NCBI GenBank assembly: GCA_963715335.1
Contig: CAVQRZ010000005.1
Span: forward strand, 96,001-160,000
Direction of reading: 5' to 3'
DNA from: an uncultured delta proteobacterium
Lineage (GTDB): Bacteria; Desulfobacterota; Desulfuromonadia; Desulfuromonadales; BM103
DNA: 64,000 bases
Translations under genes and position numbers: made by a program
Part shown: positions 28,303 through 40,374 of the stretch, piece by piece
Layout: every line of letters starts with the position of its first letter
Numbering within the stretch: the stretch's first letter is position 1
Notes under the pieces: generated by a model
Seen by the model: the letters and a program-made list of their open reading frames with translations, nothing else
The model's database searches: none
Told to the model about the DNA's origin: nothing

Positions 28303-28403
28303 AACATACCTCCACGTATAAAAGAATGATTAAGCCCTGCTGAAAACGAAATATTTATATCAGACGCTTCAAAATCTAGTCAAGCAATAATTGGCTGTGT
28401 TGC

Positions 28404-30821
28404 TCAATGATGCACCGAATTTGTCGGGTCTGAGGCATAATCTTTATTATCGACGGCCGGCGCCGCCGGAAAGCATCCCAGGATTGCTTCGTCAAGGACT
28501 TCATCCATATGTGCAACCGGGAGTATTTTCAGAGCTCGGCGGATTGTCACTGGGACCTCTTCTAGGTTCTTTGCGTTTTCCTGGGGAATCAGCACGCGGT
28601 GGATACCGGCCCGCTTGGATGCAAGGAGCTTCTCCTTCAGCCCGCCAATAGCCAGCACCCTGCCACGCAGCGTTATTTCTCCCGTCATCGCCAGGTCCTG
28701 GTCGACCGCAAGGCCGGTCAAGGCGGAGGCCAGGGCTGTTGCCATGGTGATTCCGGCGGATGGCCCGTCCTTGGGTATTGCGCCTTCCGGAACGTGGATG
28801 TGGATGTCGACCCGGGTGTAAAAGTCCTTCTCCAGGCCCAGTTCCAGCCACCGGGAGCGCACATAGCTGAGTGCCGCCTGGGCAGATTCACGCATGACCT
28901 CGCCAAGTTTGCCGGTCACGGTCAATTTGCCCTGACCCGGCAGTACCGTGACTTCGACAGTCAGGAGCTCGCCACCGGCCTCAGTCCACGCCAGGCCGTT
29001 GACAAGACCGATCCTGTGCTCTTCTTCCCGGACGCCAAAACTGTAACGCGGCACACCCAGGTATTTCTTGATTTGCGGAGCCCCGACCTGGAACCTGTTC
29101 CCTTGCAGACCCGCCCTGACAACCTCGCGGGCGATCTTACGGAACACGTTCGCGATCTCACGCTCCAGGCTTCGTACGCCGGCTTCACGCGTATAGCGAC
29201 GGATAATCTCGAGCAGTGCGGCCTCCGAGAACCGGACCTGGCCCTCTTTGAGTCCGTGCGTCTGCAACTGCTTCGGCAGAAGGTAGCGCTCCGCGATATG
29301 CACCTTCTCTTCTTCAGTGTAGCCTTCGATGCGGATCACTTCCATGCGGTCACGCAATGGCCCGGGGATCGCCTGCAACGTATTCGCTGTCGCGATAAAC
29401 ATGACCGAGGAAAGGTCGTAATCAACATCGAGGAAGTGATCACCAAAGGCATTGTTCTGCTCGGGGTCCAGAACTTCCAGGAGGGCGGAGGACGGGTCCC
29501 CACGGAAATCCGTGCTCATCTTGTCGACCTCGTCAAGCAGAAAAACAGGATTACGCGTACCGACCTTACGCAGACCCTGGATCACCTTGCCGGGCATGGC
29601 CCCGATGTAAGTACGTCGGTGTCCGCGGATTTCCGCTTCGTCGCGCACACCGCCCAGGGAAACGCGGATGAACTTGCGCCCCATGGCCCTTGCAACAGAG
29701 CGGCCCAGAGAAGTTTTGCCAACGCCGGGCGGACCGACCAGGCAAAGGATCGGCCCCTTGATCTTCTTGACCAGCGCCTGCACGGCCAGGTATTCCAGAA
29801 TCCGTTCTTTGACTTTTTCCAGCCCATAGTGGTCCTCTTCAAGGATCTCTTCGGCATGGACAAGGTCTATCTGGTCCTTGGTCCCCTTCTTCCATGGCAA
29901 AGCCACGAGCCAGTCGACATAATTCCTGACCACCGTCGCTTCGGCAGACATCGGTGACATCATCTTCAGCTTGCGCAACTCCGCAGTCGCTTTCTCTGTC
30001 GCTTCCTTGGACATCCGCGCCTTATCTATTTTCTCTTCAAGTTCACGCAGTTCCTGCTTGAACTCGTCCTTCTCGCCAAGCTCCTTCTGGATGGCCCGCA
30101 TCTGCTCATTCAGATAGTACTCTTTCTGACTGCGCTCCATCTGGTTCTTGACACGATTGCGAATCTTCTTTTCGATCTGCAGGATTTCAACCTCGCGCTC
30201 CATGAGGGCCAAAAGCTTCTCGAGCCGCAGCAGGGAGTCCATTTCCTCGAGGATCTCCTGCTTGTCGGGAATCGGCACCGTCAGGTGCGCTACAATGGTG
30301 TCGGCAAAACGTCCGGGCTCTTCGACGCCGGAGATCGATGACACCATTTCAGCGGGGATTTTCTTGCTCAGGTTCGCGTAGACATCGAAGGTCGTATTGA
30401 CGCTGCGCATCAGGGCTTCCTGCTCGGGTGACGCGACTTCCTGATCCGGCAACTGTTGCAGGCTGACGAAGATGCACTCATCTGTGTATTCAAGATCGAT
30501 CAGGCGCGCCCTGACCTTACCCTCGACCAGGACCTTGACGGTTCCGTCCGGCAGCTTCAGCATTTGCACAACCTGCCCCAGGGTCCCAATTTCATACAAC
30601 TCGTCAGCGAGGGGGTCGTCTGTTTTGGGATCCTTCTGGGTCACCAGAAGCACCTGCTTGTCGTGCTCCATTGCCCATTCCAGAGCCTGGATCGACTTTG
30701 GCCGCCCGACAAACAGAGGGGTCACCATATGCGGGAAAATCACGATATCCCGCAACGGCAGGACCGGGAATGATACAGGGGGGACAGATTCAGGCATGAA
30801 GTCTTCCGAGGGTGCGGTCAT
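28404..30821 (-). CDS. lon: ATP-dependent protease La
   Basis: [38 protein letters not shown] (catalytic Ser), IGGLKEK. Confidence 0.98.
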   Translation of the reverse strand: MTAPSEDFMPESVPPVSFPVLPLRDIVIFPHMVTPLFVGRPKSIQALEWAMEHDKQVLLVTQKDPKTDDPLADELYEIGTLGQVVQMLKLPDGTVKVLVEGKVRARLIDLEYTDECIFVSLQQLPDQEVASPEQEALMRSVNTTFDVYANLSKKIPAEMVSSISGVEEPGRFADTIVAHLTVPIPDKQEILEEMDSLLRLEKLLALMEREVEILQIEKKIRNRVKNQMERSQKEYYLNEQMRAIQKELGEKDEFKQELRELEEKIDKARMSKEATEKATAELRKLKMMSPMSAEATVVRNYVDWLVALPWKKGTKDQIDLVHAEEILEEDHYGLEKVKERILEYLAVQALVKKIKGPILCLVGPPGVGKTSLGRSVARAMGRKFIRVSLGGVRDEAEIRGHRRTYIGAMPGKVIQGLRKVGTRNPVFLLDEVDKMSTDFRGDPSSALLEVLDPEQNNAFGDHFLDVDYDLSSVMFIATANTLQAIPGPLRDRMEVIRIEGYTEEEKVHIAERYLLPKQLQTHGLKEGQVRFSEAALLEIIRRYTREAGVRSLEREIANVFRKIAREVVRAGLQGNRFQVGAPQIKKYLGVPRYSFGVREEEHRIGLVNGLAWTEAGGELLTVEVTVLPGQGKLTVTGKLGEVMRESAQAALSYVRSRWLELGLEKDFYTRVDIHIHVPEGAIPKDGPSAGITMATALASALTGLAVDQDLAMTGEITLRGRVLAIGGLKEKLLASKRAGIHRVLIPQENAKNLEEVPVTIRRALKILPVAHMDEVLDEAILGCFPAAPAVDNKDYASDPTNSVHH

Positions 30822-30863
30822 AACAATATCTTCCGGCTGAGCTAACGCCCGACAGGAACTCTA

Positions 30864-32111
30864 TCAGGCCGACTCAGCACATTCGTAGATGATAATAGGC
30901 TGGGAACCCTTGAAAATGACATCTTCATTGATAACAACCTCCCGGACCCGATCCTGGGACGGGATATCATACATGACGTCAAGCATTGCATTCTCAAGGA
31001 TGGAACGCAAGCCGCGCGCACCGGTTTTGCGTTTGAGGGCCTCCTTGGCAACAGCGACCAGGCCACCGTCGGTAAACTTGAGATCAACATTTTCCATATC
31101 AAAGAGTTTCTGGTACTGCTTGATCAACGCGTTCCTGGGCTCGCTGAGGATTCTGACCAGCGCTTCCTCATCCAGCTCATCGAGAGTCGCGACAACCGGC
31201 AAACGGCCAATGAACTCGGGGATCAATCCGTACTTGAGCAGGTCACAAGGTTCCACCAGGCACAGGACCTCACCGATCTTCTGATCAGTTTTCTGCACGG
31301 AGCTGGAACCAAAGCCCATGGTTTTGGAGCCGACCCGCTGGTTGATAACCGTTTCCAGCCCTGAGAATGCTCCGCCGCAGATAAACAGGATATTGGTGGT
31401 GTCCACCTTCAGGAATTCCTGTTGCGGGTGTTTTCGGCCACCTTTCGGTGGTACGCTGGCGGTCGTCCCTTCGATAATCTTCAATAGAGCCTGCTGCACC
31501 CCTTCACCGGACACATCCCTGGTGATCGAAGGCGAGTCTGATTTGCGGGCGATCTTGTCGACCTCGTCGATATAGATGATCCCCTTCTGGGCTTTCTCCA
31601 GGTCGTAGTCAGCCGCCTGCAAAAGGTTCAGAATGATATTTTCGACATCTTCGCCAACATAACCGGCTTCAGTCAGGTTGGTGGCGTCGGCGATTGCAAA
31701 CGGGACATTCAGGACCCGGGCCAGGGTCTGGGCCAGCAAGGTTTTGCCACTGCCAGTCGGCCCAAGCAGAAGGATGTTGCTCTTCTGTATTTCAACTTCT
31801 CCGGCTTTTTCAGAGGCTTCAATGCGCTTGTAATGATTGTAGACAGCAACCGCCAGAACTTTTTTCGCCCGCTCCTGCCCGATCACGAAATCATCCAGGA
31901 CATGTCTGATTTCAACAGGCTTCGGCAGCAGGCCTTCACCCATCGGGGTTTCATCAAGCTGGGCCTCTTCCGCGATGATGTCCTTGCACAGTTCTATGCA
32001 TTCATCGCAGATATAGACTGCCGGTCCGGCGATAAGCTTCTTCACCTCTTCCTGCGCTTTACCGCAGAATGAACAGGTCAATTGATCACTGTGGCCACTC
32101 TTTTGCGTCAC
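30864..32111 (-). CDS. clpX: ATP-dependent Clp protease ATP-binding subunit ClpX
   Basis: CSFCGK...ICDEC zinc finger, [28 protein letters not shown]. Confidence 0.98.
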   Translation of the reverse strand: MTQKSGHSDQLTCSFCGKAQEEVKKLIAGPAVYICDECIELCKDIIAEEAQLDETPMGEGLLPKPVEIRHVLDDFVIGQERAKKVLAVAVYNHYKRIEASEKAGEVEIQKSNILLLGPTGSGKTLLAQTLARVLNVPFAIADATNLTEAGYVGEDVENIILNLLQAADYDLEKAQKGIIYIDEVDKIARKSDSPSITRDVSGEGVQQALLKIIEGTTASVPPKGGRKHPQQEFLKVDTTNILFICGGAFSGLETVINQRVGSKTMGFGSSSVQKTDQKIGEVLCLVEPCDLLKYGLIPEFIGRLPVVATLDELDEEALVRILSEPRNALIKQYQKLFDMENVDLKFTDGGLVAVAKEALKRKTGARGLRSILENAMLDVMYDIPSQDRVREVVINEDVIFKGSQPIIIYECAESA

Positions 32112-32129
32112 TGCCTCACCTCGTGTAAA

Positions 32130-32714
32130 TCAGTCTTTTCTCGACACAATATCGTCGATGATACCATATTCTTTTGCCGCTTCGCTACCCATGAAGAAAT
32201 CACGCTCCGTATCGGCCGACAACTGGCTCAGCCGCTGGCCAGTATGCTCGGCCATGATCGAGTTCAGGGTGTCCTTCAGACGCAGGATTTCCTGGGCATG
32301 GATGCTGATATCGGTCGCCTGCCCCTGGAATCCGCCCAACGGTTGATGGATCATGATCCTCGAATGCGGCAGGGCGTAACGCTTGCCCGAAGTCCCGGCC
32401 GCGAGCAGGAGCGCGCCCATGCTGGCCGCCTGGCCAACACAGATAGTCGAAACGGGAGCCTTCAGGTACTGGATGGTATCGTAGATCGCCAGACCGGCGG
32501 TCACGATGCCGCCCGGGGAGTTGATATACAGGTGGATGTCTTTTTCAGAATCCTCCGACTCGAGAAAGAGCATCTGGGCGATGATCAGGTTGGCCAGATG
32601 ATCGTCAATCCCGCCACCAAGGAAAATAATCCGATCCTTGAGCAGTCGCGAATAGATATCATAGGCGCGCTCTCCACGTCCGGTCTGCTCCACGACCATT
32701 GGAATCAGGTTCAT
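32130..32714 (-). CDS. clpP: ATP-dependent Clp protease proteolytic subunit
   Basis: [36 protein letters not shown]. Confidence 0.98.
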   Translation of the reverse strand: MNLIPMVVEQTGRGERAYDIYSRLLKDRIIFLGGGIDDHLANLIIAQMLFLESEDSEKDIHLYINSPGGIVTAGLAIYDTIQYLKAPVSTICVGQAASMGALLLAAGTSGKRYALPHSRIMIHQPLGGFQGQATDISIHAQEILRLKDTLNSIMAEHTGQRLSQLSADTERDFFMGSEAAKEYGIIDDIVSRKD

Positions 32715-34042
32715 GCGTCCCCCTCGGTTTTCTTGTCAGCCTTCTTTTTCGGTTTATTCGGTGACACTTCCTTGATCTTGGCATTATCCAGAAGGAAACT
32801 GATGACTTTTTCTTCCGCAATCTGCGCCATCAGGCCGACGCGCGCCTCGGGTGCGGAGTAGTACTTCTTCACCGTCTCGAGGGGAGCGTTGGCCATGGTG
32901 GAAATTTCCTCCAGCTTGGCATCAATTTCACTTTCATCGGCCCGGATACTCTCCTGGCGGCCAATCGCTTCGAGGATCAGGTTGCCACTGACCTGCTCAA
33001 CGGCCGTGTTCCGGTAATTTTCACGGAAATTCTCTGGAGTGATCCCCAGCATGGCGACAGACATCCCCTGCGACTGCATGCGGTTGCTGATATTCTCGTA
33101 CATATAGTCAAGCTGTTTGGCGATCATCGCCTCAGGAACTTCGACTGGGTTTCGCTCGATCAGGGCGCTGACCAGCTTTTCACGCAAGTCATTCTCAACC
33201 CGGTTCTTCTCTTGGGTGGCGTGGCTCTTTTGCAATTCCGCTTTAAGTTCGTCAAGTGTATCAACGCCGAAGCCTTTGGCAAATTCATCGTCAAGCTCCG
33301 GGACGACCTTCTCCTTGATCTCCTTCAGCTTCACTTTGAAAACGGCCGGCTTGCCGGCCAGTTCGGCCTGACCGTATTCTGCGGGAAACGTGACTTCAAC
33401 ATCCTTGTCCTCGTCCCGTTTCATGCCGACAACCTGGTCTTCAAAGCCGGGGATAAAGGAGCCAGAGCCCAACTCGAGGAGGTAATCTTCGCCTTTACCG
33501 CCGGCAAAAGCCACGCCATCGACAAAGCCCTCGAAATCAATCACGACGGAATCGCCATTGCGGGCCTTTTTGCGGCTGCTGACTTCGAGCTGCGAGCGGG
33601 AGATGCGCATCTCTTCAAGACGACCCTCTACAACCTTGGCATCGGCAACAAACTTTTCTTTTTCCAGTGACAGCTTGGTGTAATCCTTGGCTGTCACTTC
33701 CGGCTTGATCTCAACTTCAGCCTCGTAGGTGAAGACTGCACCCTTGTTGATCCCGCTGCTGTCGACGATGTTCGGCTCACCAACCGCCGGGATATCATTC
33801 TCGTCGAGGGCCTTGAAGTAAGTATCATTGATCAGCCGGGTCAGGACTTCCTGTTCCACCTGGGCCCCGTAATATTTTTCCAGAACCGAATCGGGCACTT
33901 TTCCGGCACGGAACCCTTTGACCTTGGCCGTCTTGCCGATCTTCTTATAGGCACGACCGATTTCCTTGTCGACCTTCTCCGAGGCGACCTCAAAAATCAG
34001 TTTCTTCTTGATGCTGCTGACATCTTCAACCTTCACATTCAT
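32711..34042 (-). CDS. tig: Trigger factor
   Basis: GFRAGKVP ribosome-binding motif and FKBP domain ([13 protein letters not shown]). The true start is ATG 34042; the longer ORF runs into tRNA-Leu. Confidence 0.97.
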   Translation of the reverse strand: MNVKVEDVSSIKKKLIFEVASEKVDKEIGRAYKKIGKTAKVKGFRAGKVPDSVLEKYYGAQVEQEVLTRLINDTYFKALDENDIPAVGEPNIVDSSGINKGAVFTYEAEVEIKPEVTAKDYTKLSLEKEKFVADAKVVEGRLEEMRISRSQLEVSSRKKARNGDSVVIDFEGFVDGVAFAGGKGEDYLLELGSGSFIPGFEDQVVGMKRDEDKDVEVTFPAEYGQAELAGKPAVFKVKLKEIKEKVVPELDDEFAKGFGVDTLDELKAELQKSHATQEKNRVENDLREKLVSALIERNPVEVPEAMIAKQLDYMYENISNRMQSQGMSVAMLGITPENFRENYRNTAVEQVSGNLILEAIGRQESIRADESEIDAKLEEISTMANAPLETVKKYYSAPEARVGLMAQIAEEKVISFLLDNAKIKEVSPNKPKKKADKKTEGDA

Positions 34043-34129
34043 ACTAGCGCTCCTCATTTGCTCTGCCATGACAGCGGACAGGATACCGGTATCGGCAAGA
34101 TTTATCGACAGGTTTTCATCCTTGAAGAT

Positions 34130-34214
34130 TGGTGCGGGTGAAGGGACTCGAACCCCCACGCCTCTCGGCACTAGATCCTAAATCTAGCGTGTCTACCAGT
34201 TCCACCACACCCGC
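34130..34214 (-). tRNA. tRNA-Leu (TAG)
   Basis: GCGGGTGTGGTGGAACTGGTAGACACGCTAGATT-TAG-GATCTAGTGCCGAGAGGCGTGGGGGTTCGAGTCCCTTCACCCGCACCA, with a long variable arm. Confidence 0.96.
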
Positions 34215-34316
34215 GCAACCAACCGGCGCTCTGCATACAATTAAGGCCCGACTTTTCCCGGGATAACCGCCACATTCTGAGGGGTCGACGGGGAAAAGGC
34301 AGGCCCGGAATATTTA

Positions 34317-34393
<77 letters not shown>

Positions 34394-34466
34394 ATAAAGA
34401 ACAAGATTCTAGACAAGGCCGAGGAGCAATGTCAACGAGAAACCACCCCTCGATCGCCAAACGTAA

Positions 34467-34543
34467 TGGCGCGCCAGGAAGGACTCGAACCCTCGACCGT
34501 CGGCTTAGAAGGCCGATGCTCTATCCAGCTGAGCTACTGGCGC
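34467..34543 (-). tRNA. tRNA-Arg (TCT)
   Basis: GCGCCAGTAGCTCAGCTGGATAGAGCATCGGCCT-TCT-AAGCCGACGGTCGAGGGTTCGAGTCCTTCCTGGCGCGCCA. Confidence 0.96.
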
Positions 34544-34549
34544 TTTAAG

Positions 34550-34626
<77 letters not shown>

Positions 34627-34729
34627 AAGGGCGATTTTCTAGCATGCCAGGAGCAATAATGCAAGACTAAATCACACTTTGCTCTTCCGAATGGCAAGAA
34701 AAGCCGCAACCCTACTGACAGGCTTCGCC

Positions 34730-35576
34730 TCAGCTATCTTTCAGGCTGAAACGAACCGGGATGCGGACCCGACTTTCCACTGGCAGGCCGGCCCGCGTTG
34801 CAGGGGTAAATTCCCAGCGTTTTACGGTTCTGCTGGCAGCCCGGTCCAGGACCTGGTGGCCACATGATCGCTCAACATCAACATCCTCGACCAGGCCCGA
34901 TGCCGACACGTCGACCAACAGCCACACCACGCCCTGCCAATGTCGTTGGCGAGCTATGTAAGGATACTCGGGTAAAGGGTTATTGAGGTAATCCGGCATG
35001 GCTTCTACCAGTGCCTCACCGGTCGGCCTCACAGCGTTGCGATGGGCCGGTCGACGATCCTCATGCTGTACAACCCGAACCTCCGGCGCGGATACCTCGG
35101 CACGCACCCCTTGCAAGGTCATTTCGACCGGGCCTTTTATCGTCGCGACTTCGGTCGGAGGCGCCGGCACACTCTCCCGGGGCTCAACGCAAACCGGGGC
35201 TGTCGGCTCACCTCTTCTGTCGATTCTTCGACGATTTCGACAGCGTCCTTGACCGGTCCGGTTTCGGCCGTGTCATGCGAGACGGCTTCACGACCGGCCG
35301 GGGTGAAATCCCCGGGGCAATTTTGGCCGTTACTTTACGCTCTGTAATCGCGGAGTCCTGCTCCGGAAGGGCCTGCGGAACGTCATCAACGACGAAGGAT
35401 TGATCGTCTGCAGCGGTAACCAGGGCGACGACAACTGCAGATTGGCCATCGGCTACGCTGGCAGGCTGATTCGCCCAGTCATAATAAGCCATGCCTCCGT
35501 GGGCCCCTGCAGAAACCAGCAGGCACAGTGAAAGCCGAAGGATCATCGGCATGGATGTCAGTTTGCTCAACATCAT
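34730..35576 (-). pseudogene. tonB: TonB energy transducer, frameshifted (true pseudogene or sequencing indels)
   Basis: The N-terminal ORF 35208..35576 has the TM SxxxH motif (LVSAGAHGG). The C-terminal ORF has the TonB_C motif (NP.PEYPYIARQRHWQGVV...SCGHQVLDRAA...WEFTPA). The frames break around 35200-35300. Confidence 0.8.
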
Positions 35577-35762
35577 CGCATAACCAAATTGAGAGACCGG
35601 AAAGAGGCTCTGGAGTTAATTGCTCGATTCGGGCTGCAAAGCAATCCGACCGACCAGGGTTAGAGCTTTTTAGGTTGACACTTTGCGATAAAAATTAAGA
35701 CAATGCGTCGCTTTATTTGTCCGAATAAACAACAACTTAACAACTCAGTCAAGTGCTATATC

Positions 35763-38231
35763 ATGGCTTTCCGGAAAGCAATCATTCTCGCTGCTGTTGT
35801 TGTCGCAACGCTACCGACAAGTTTGTCCGCTGTGGAAACGGCTGACAATGGGCAACTGGCCGCTCCTTCAGGGAAGATTCCCACCCTGGGACAGGTGACT
35901 GTGGTAGGCACGACTGAAAACCTGCTTTCCGGTAGCTCGGAACTGACCAGCAACGTTCTGCATTCCCTGCCGAAAAAAAACAGCAGCATCACCGAGGCAA
36001 TCACCATTCTGCCGCGAGTCCAGATCGGGGAAGGACAGCGCACATCAGAAAATTCGGGCGAGATCCTGCCACCGCTCATATCCATCTCCGGCGGACGCGC
36101 TTATGAAAACAATTACACGATCGACGGCGTCAACCTGGGCAGCGTCCTTGATCCTTTGACGGGCAATAATGTTGCCGAGTCGATCAGGGAGGTTCCGAGT
36201 CACCCGCAACGCAGCTTTATCCACCAGGATCTTATCGACAACATAACGGTTTATGACAGCAATATCCCGGCTAAATTCGGCGGTTTTACCGGTGGCGTCG
36301 TCGATGCTGATACCCGGTCACCGAATAAAAAGTTTGCAGGTCAAGTCAGTTTCCGGACGACCCGGGATGCATGGACCGAGTTTCGTATTGACCCCGACAG
36401 ACGGGAAGAATTTTACAACTCAACCGACCAGCAGATGCAGCCACGCTTTAAAAAGTACGATATAGGCCTGGAACTCGACGTGCCGATCAACGAAGAGACG
36501 GCGTTCCTGGCTGCATATAAAATGATTCGGTCTGACCTGGAGACGTTCAACATCGACGATTGGAACGAGCGCCACAAAACTCTCGAGAATTATTTCCTGA
36601 AATATGTCTGGCAGCCCAAAACGCCCTTCACCCTGGAATTGACCGTCAGCCACACACCATCTAAAGAAGATTTCTTTATCGACGGTGCCAGGGACAGTGA
36701 CGTTGAGATTGAGCGCGGCGGAACCAGCGTCAGCGGCAAACTGACAGGAGAGTTGCCATTCGGTGTTCTGGAATTCTCATCAACCTACCTGAACAATGAC
36801 AACTCGAGGCAGGCAAACTCAAATCACTTTTTTTGGCCCTCCGACACGCCTTCCAAAAACTGGGGGGAACAGTACGGACTGCCGTGGAGTGCGGAGGGCG
36901 GTTACGGTGACATCGACAACGAGGAAGAAAGCCTGCAAGCATACATTGACTTGGTTTCGCATCCGGCAACCTTCTATCAGACTGTAAACACGTTCAACCT
37001 CGGGCTGGAAGCCAGTCATGATAAAGGCTCTTTTGATCGCAAACGAACAACCTACGAACACGCCCTGAACAGAGCGGTCGAAGATTTAACGGTTGTCTGT
37101 AGCGATGATGACCCGTCATGCATTAACAGCGAAGTCTACTTCCGGGAAAGACGTGTCTACTTTGCAGAATCCGAGGAAGCAACGATCAACAGCTTTGCCG
37201 CCTATCTTGACGACCTGATTGAAGCAGGGCCTTTTCGTTTCCGGCCCGGGGTTCGTGTGTCCTATGACAATTTCATGGAGAACACCGACATATCTTACCG
37301 TTTTGCCGGGACGTGGGATCTGTTCGGGAACGAAAAAACCATCATCAAGGGCGGTTATAATCGTTATCACGGGAAAGCCTTGTTGACTTATAAGTTACGT
37401 GAAGGAAGAACCCCATACCTGAGAGAGGCTCGTTCCAAAAATCCGGACGATTCCCTGACAATCTGGACACCAGTTGCAAACGAAGGGTTTCTGAGTCACC
37501 GATATTCAGAACTCGACACCCCCTATTCCGACGAATGGAACATTGGAGTCGTACAGAGATTGCTGGGCGGCAGCCTGGAGATCAATTACCTGGAACGTGA
37601 CAACCGGGACCAATTTGCCAAGGAGTTGTTCACAACCGTTGTCGACGGCAGCACCATCCGCGGTTGGGAACTCAACAACAACGGCTCAAGCGACTACAAG
37701 AGCGCCAAGCTTTCGTGGGAACGGCAATGGCAGAACCATTTCCTGAACATCAACTATACCTATAGCGATCAGGAATCGAGCAATGACTCTTACGATGATA
37801 TTTTCGACGAAGATGATCTTGATGACAGCGTCTGGTACCGGGGCAAGTTGATCAGCCTGGATGATTTACCCCGACCGGACTATAACCGCGAACACAGGTT
37901 AAACATCATCTATGTCGGTCGATTGCCCGGGAATTTCACCTTCACAAACACTGCCCGTTATCAAAGCGGTTACGAAACACTAGAAGACACCAGGGACAAT
38001 ATCACGCTGCCTTCAGGTGAGAGTTATGACATTTACGCGAAGGGTGAACAACCCGGCTACTGGATTTTCGACTGGAGAATTGACTGGGAGAAAATCATCC
38101 TTCGCAGCCAGAGCATCGTTCTCTCACTGGAGATCAATAATGTTTTTGACCGGACACCGCCGGCGGATGATTCCGACGACGTCTACGAGCTCGGCCGCCA
38201 GTTCTGGTTGGGCATGACCTACAAATTCTAG
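35763..38231 (+). CDS. TonB-dependent outer-membrane receptor
   Basis: Signal peptide, TonB box (LGQVTVVG), plug domain (ISISGGRAYENNYTIDG, YDSNIPAKFGGFTGGVVD), LEINNVFD and C-terminal GRQFWLGMTYKF. Confidence 0.93.
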   Translation: MAFRKAIILAAVVVATLPTSLSAVETADNGQLAAPSGKIPTLGQVTVVGTTENLLSGSSELTSNVLHSLPKKNSSITEAITILPRVQIGEGQRTSENSGEILPPLISISGGRAYENNYTIDGVNLGSVLDPLTGNNVAESIREVPSHPQRSFIHQDLIDNITVYDSNIPAKFGGFTGGVVDADTRSPNKKFAGQVSFRTTRDAWTEFRIDPDRREEFYNSTDQQMQPRFKKYDIGLELDVPINEETAFLAAYKMIRSDLETFNIDDWNERHKTLENYFLKYVWQPKTPFTLELTVSHTPSKEDFFIDGARDSDVEIERGGTSVSGKLTGELPFGVLEFSSTYLNNDNSRQANSNHFFWPSDTPSKNWGEQYGLPWSAEGGYGDIDNEEESLQAYIDLVSHPATFYQTVNTFNLGLEASHDKGSFDRKRTTYEHALNRAVEDLTVVCSDDDPSCINSEVYFRERRVYFAESEEATINSFAAYLDDLIEAGPFRFRPGVRVSYDNFMENTDISYRFAGTWDLFGNEKTIIKGGYNRYHGKALLTYKLREGRTPYLREARSKNPDDSLTIWTPVANEGFLSHRYSELDTPYSDEWNIGVVQRLLGGSLEINYLERDNRDQFAKELFTTVVDGSTIRGWELNNNGSSDYKSAKLSWERQWQNHFLNINYTYSDQESSNDSYDDIFDEDDLDDSVWYRGKLISLDDLPRPDYNREHRLNIIYVGRLPGNFTFTNTARYQSGYETLEDTRDNITLPSGESYDIYAKGEQPGYWIFDWRIDWEKIILRSQSIVLSLEINNVFDRTPPADDSDDVYELGRQFWLGMTYKF

Positions 38232-38239
38232 GCCAGGGA

Positions 38240-40369
38240 TTAATCAGGCGGATTCTCGATCAAGACCCTGTTTTGCGAGTGTTCGTCATAGAGATATACA
38301 TACCCCGCGCCAGAGGCAGGCGCTTCGCTCTGCAACAACTCCCTGCTAACGATCCGATAATTATCCAATTTTTCCGGGTAAGGCAACTTCAAGGTCCCAC
38401 CGGGGTAATTGCTGATCAGGATTCCATCCGGCACGGTTGCAATTTCATTGGCCCGCAGCGGAGTCGGCAAAGAGCCGATCGGCAGAAGCCGGCCCGGCAT
38501 GCTGGCATCAAGCATATAGATCCCTTTATCTCCATCGGCAACCAGCAGGAGACCATCGTGCAACACCATTTTTCTGGCCAGCCCCGGAGTATCAACAATC
38601 TGCACCAACTCAGGATGCCTTGGATCGCCAAGATCGATAACGTTAAGACCGCCGCTTCCTTGCGAGACATAGGCAAACTTGCCATTTATAAAGATATCAT
38701 GGGCTATGAAGGACGACTGCAGGTGCTCTGGTGGTCTCACCTCTGCGATTTGTACGGGATGCGTCCGATCAGAGACATCCACAACCTTGAGGCCTTCCTC
38801 TTTCGTGGTCACCAATATGTAGCCCGGCTCCAGAGTCCTCAGGTGAACAGGCTGCCCGGAAAGTTCCATGTCTCCGACAACAACCACCTCGCCCAATTGT
38901 GGATCGGACAGAATCCGCAACCCCCCGCGATGCAGAACATGCAGAGACCCTTCTGAGTAAACCGCGTCCAGCGCTCCGCTTTCCAGCATGATGGACCCAT
39001 CCAAGCTCACCTCGCCATTCTTCGACATGCGGAACAGGGTGACGCCATCCTGGTCATGTACCGGCAAAACCGGGCCGGAGGTGGGCGATCCGGAACGTCC
39101 CTGATCAGCCAGGGCGACCAGGGTTTTGTCTCTACGGTAACCGAAAAGACGACCGTTCCAGGAAGACAAAGCATGGTAATTACGATCGACATAAGTCGCC
39201 GGGACAAAACTGCTCTGTTCAATCCCCTCCATGGAAAACGCGACTAACCCTCGTAATCCAGCCTGCATGGAGGCGTATATTGCGTCATCCTGAACAGCCA
39301 TGGCAATGACAGTCGAAGGCAGCATGAGATGCCCTGAAACGACTGCGCTCGCGGAGGGCTTTACGTCAATCAGGGCGACACCCGCTGACACAAGACTTAC
39401 CACCAGTCGGTCTCGACCGACAACCGGCATAACCCTATATGGCACCCCCGGAACCGGCAAGCGACTGACTTCCTGCAGCTTTGGCCACGCAGCCAGAGAG
39501 AACACCCTTATCGAGCCGTCCGATACAGCTACCGCAAGCGTTCCTGCCAAGAAGGCAAGCCCCCTGACCCCGCCTTTATTCAGGTCGGGAAGGTTTAAAG
39601 TGCCAGCCTTTTCGACGCTATCCTCCGGGGAAATGTTGTAAAAAAACAGGTTGTTGTCCACGGAAGCAGCCACTAACCGGTTGCCGGAAACGGCTAGCCT
39701 CCAAGGTTTATCCGGTGCATCCAGGAATTCCGGAGACGGGTTCTCCACGGCAAGGTTGATTCTGCCGAGTCCACGATAGATATCTGCATAGTAGATAGAC
39801 TCACCAACGGTAACCATGTCGGCGACAGACCCTTTCAAAGGGATGATCGCAGACAGCTTCAACTCTTCCGGATGGCTCAGATCGATGATTGCCATACCTT
39901 TATCATGTGCCATTCCGACCAGGGCCCGATTGCCGACAATCCTGACTGTCTTGATATGAGCCGGGAGTTCCAGTGAGTCCAGCAGAGTCGGCCCCCCAGG
40001 GGTGGACAGGTCAACACTGGTCAGCTTGTTTATAAAGCATGCAGCAAGGGCAATCCGGCCTTTCACAGCGACAGCACGCACTGAAATTCCCGGCAATATT
40101 TCCCATGTGCGAGCACGCTCATCAACCATATTGGCGGCATGCAGAACACGCACATTTCCATGCATCCCCCCTCCATGGATAGCAAGGGAGGTTTTCGAGT
40201 CATGGTTTTCAGTGACCACTGCGCGAGTCATGCTGACCGGTACGTCAATGCGCCATTTTTCACCGGCGATGATCGTGACCAGGGCACCAAGCGCGAGGCT
40301 GTAGGCCAGCACCGGCAAATGCCAGGATGATATTTTGCCTGGCGATGTTCTCTTCGGTGATTCTTTCAT
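38240..40369 (-). CDS. Membrane-anchored LVIVD-repeat (beta-propeller) protein
   Basis: N-terminal TM and repeated G(L/M)x(V/I)(V/I)D(L/V)SxPxxP units (GLKVVDVSDRTHP, GLNVIDLGDPRHP, GMAIIDLSHPEE). Start taken as ATG 40369, just after the kinase stop. Confidence 0.8.
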   Translation of the reverse strand: MKESPKRTSPGKISSWHLPVLAYSLALGALVTIIAGEKWRIDVPVSMTRAVVTENHDSKTSLAIHGGGMHGNVRVLHAANMVDERARTWEILPGISVRAVAVKGRIALAACFINKLTSVDLSTPGGPTLLDSLELPAHIKTVRIVGNRALVGMAHDKGMAIIDLSHPEELKLSAIIPLKGSVADMVTVGESIYYADIYRGLGRINLAVENPSPEFLDAPDKPWRLAVSGNRLVAASVDNNLFFYNISPEDSVEKAGTLNLPDLNKGGVRGLAFLAGTLAVAVSDGSIRVFSLAAWPKLQEVSRLPVPGVPYRVMPVVGRDRLVVSLVSAGVALIDVKPSASAVVSGHLMLPSTVIAMAVQDDAIYASMQAGLRGLVAFSMEGIEQSSFVPATYVDRNYHALSSWNGRLFGYRRDKTLVALADQGRSGSPTSGPVLPVHDQDGVTLFRMSKNGEVSLDGSIMLESGALDAVYSEGSLHVLHRGGLRILSDPQLGEVVVVGDMELSGQPVHLRTLEPGYILVTTKEEGLKVVDVSDRTHPVQIAEVRPPEHLQSSFIAHDIFINGKFAYVSQGSGGLNVIDLGDPRHPELVQIVDTPGLARKMVLHDGLLLVADGDKGIYMLDASMPGRLLPIGSLPTPLRANEIATVPDGILISNYPGGTLKLPYPEKLDNYRIVSRELLQSEAPASGAGYVYLYDEHSQNRVLIENPPD

Positions 40370-40374
40370 CCGTA

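Noticed and set aside
28599..29957. Long antisense ORFs (also 24632..25729, 46918..48207, 15304..16239, 23685..24635)
   Set aside because: Shadow frames opposite well-conserved genes, as expected from GC-rich codon bias. No motifs.
35687..35705. Possible Fur box upstream of the TonB-dependent receptor
   Set aside because: Only 11 of 19 positions match GATAATGATAATCATTATC by my count, and symmetry is poor.
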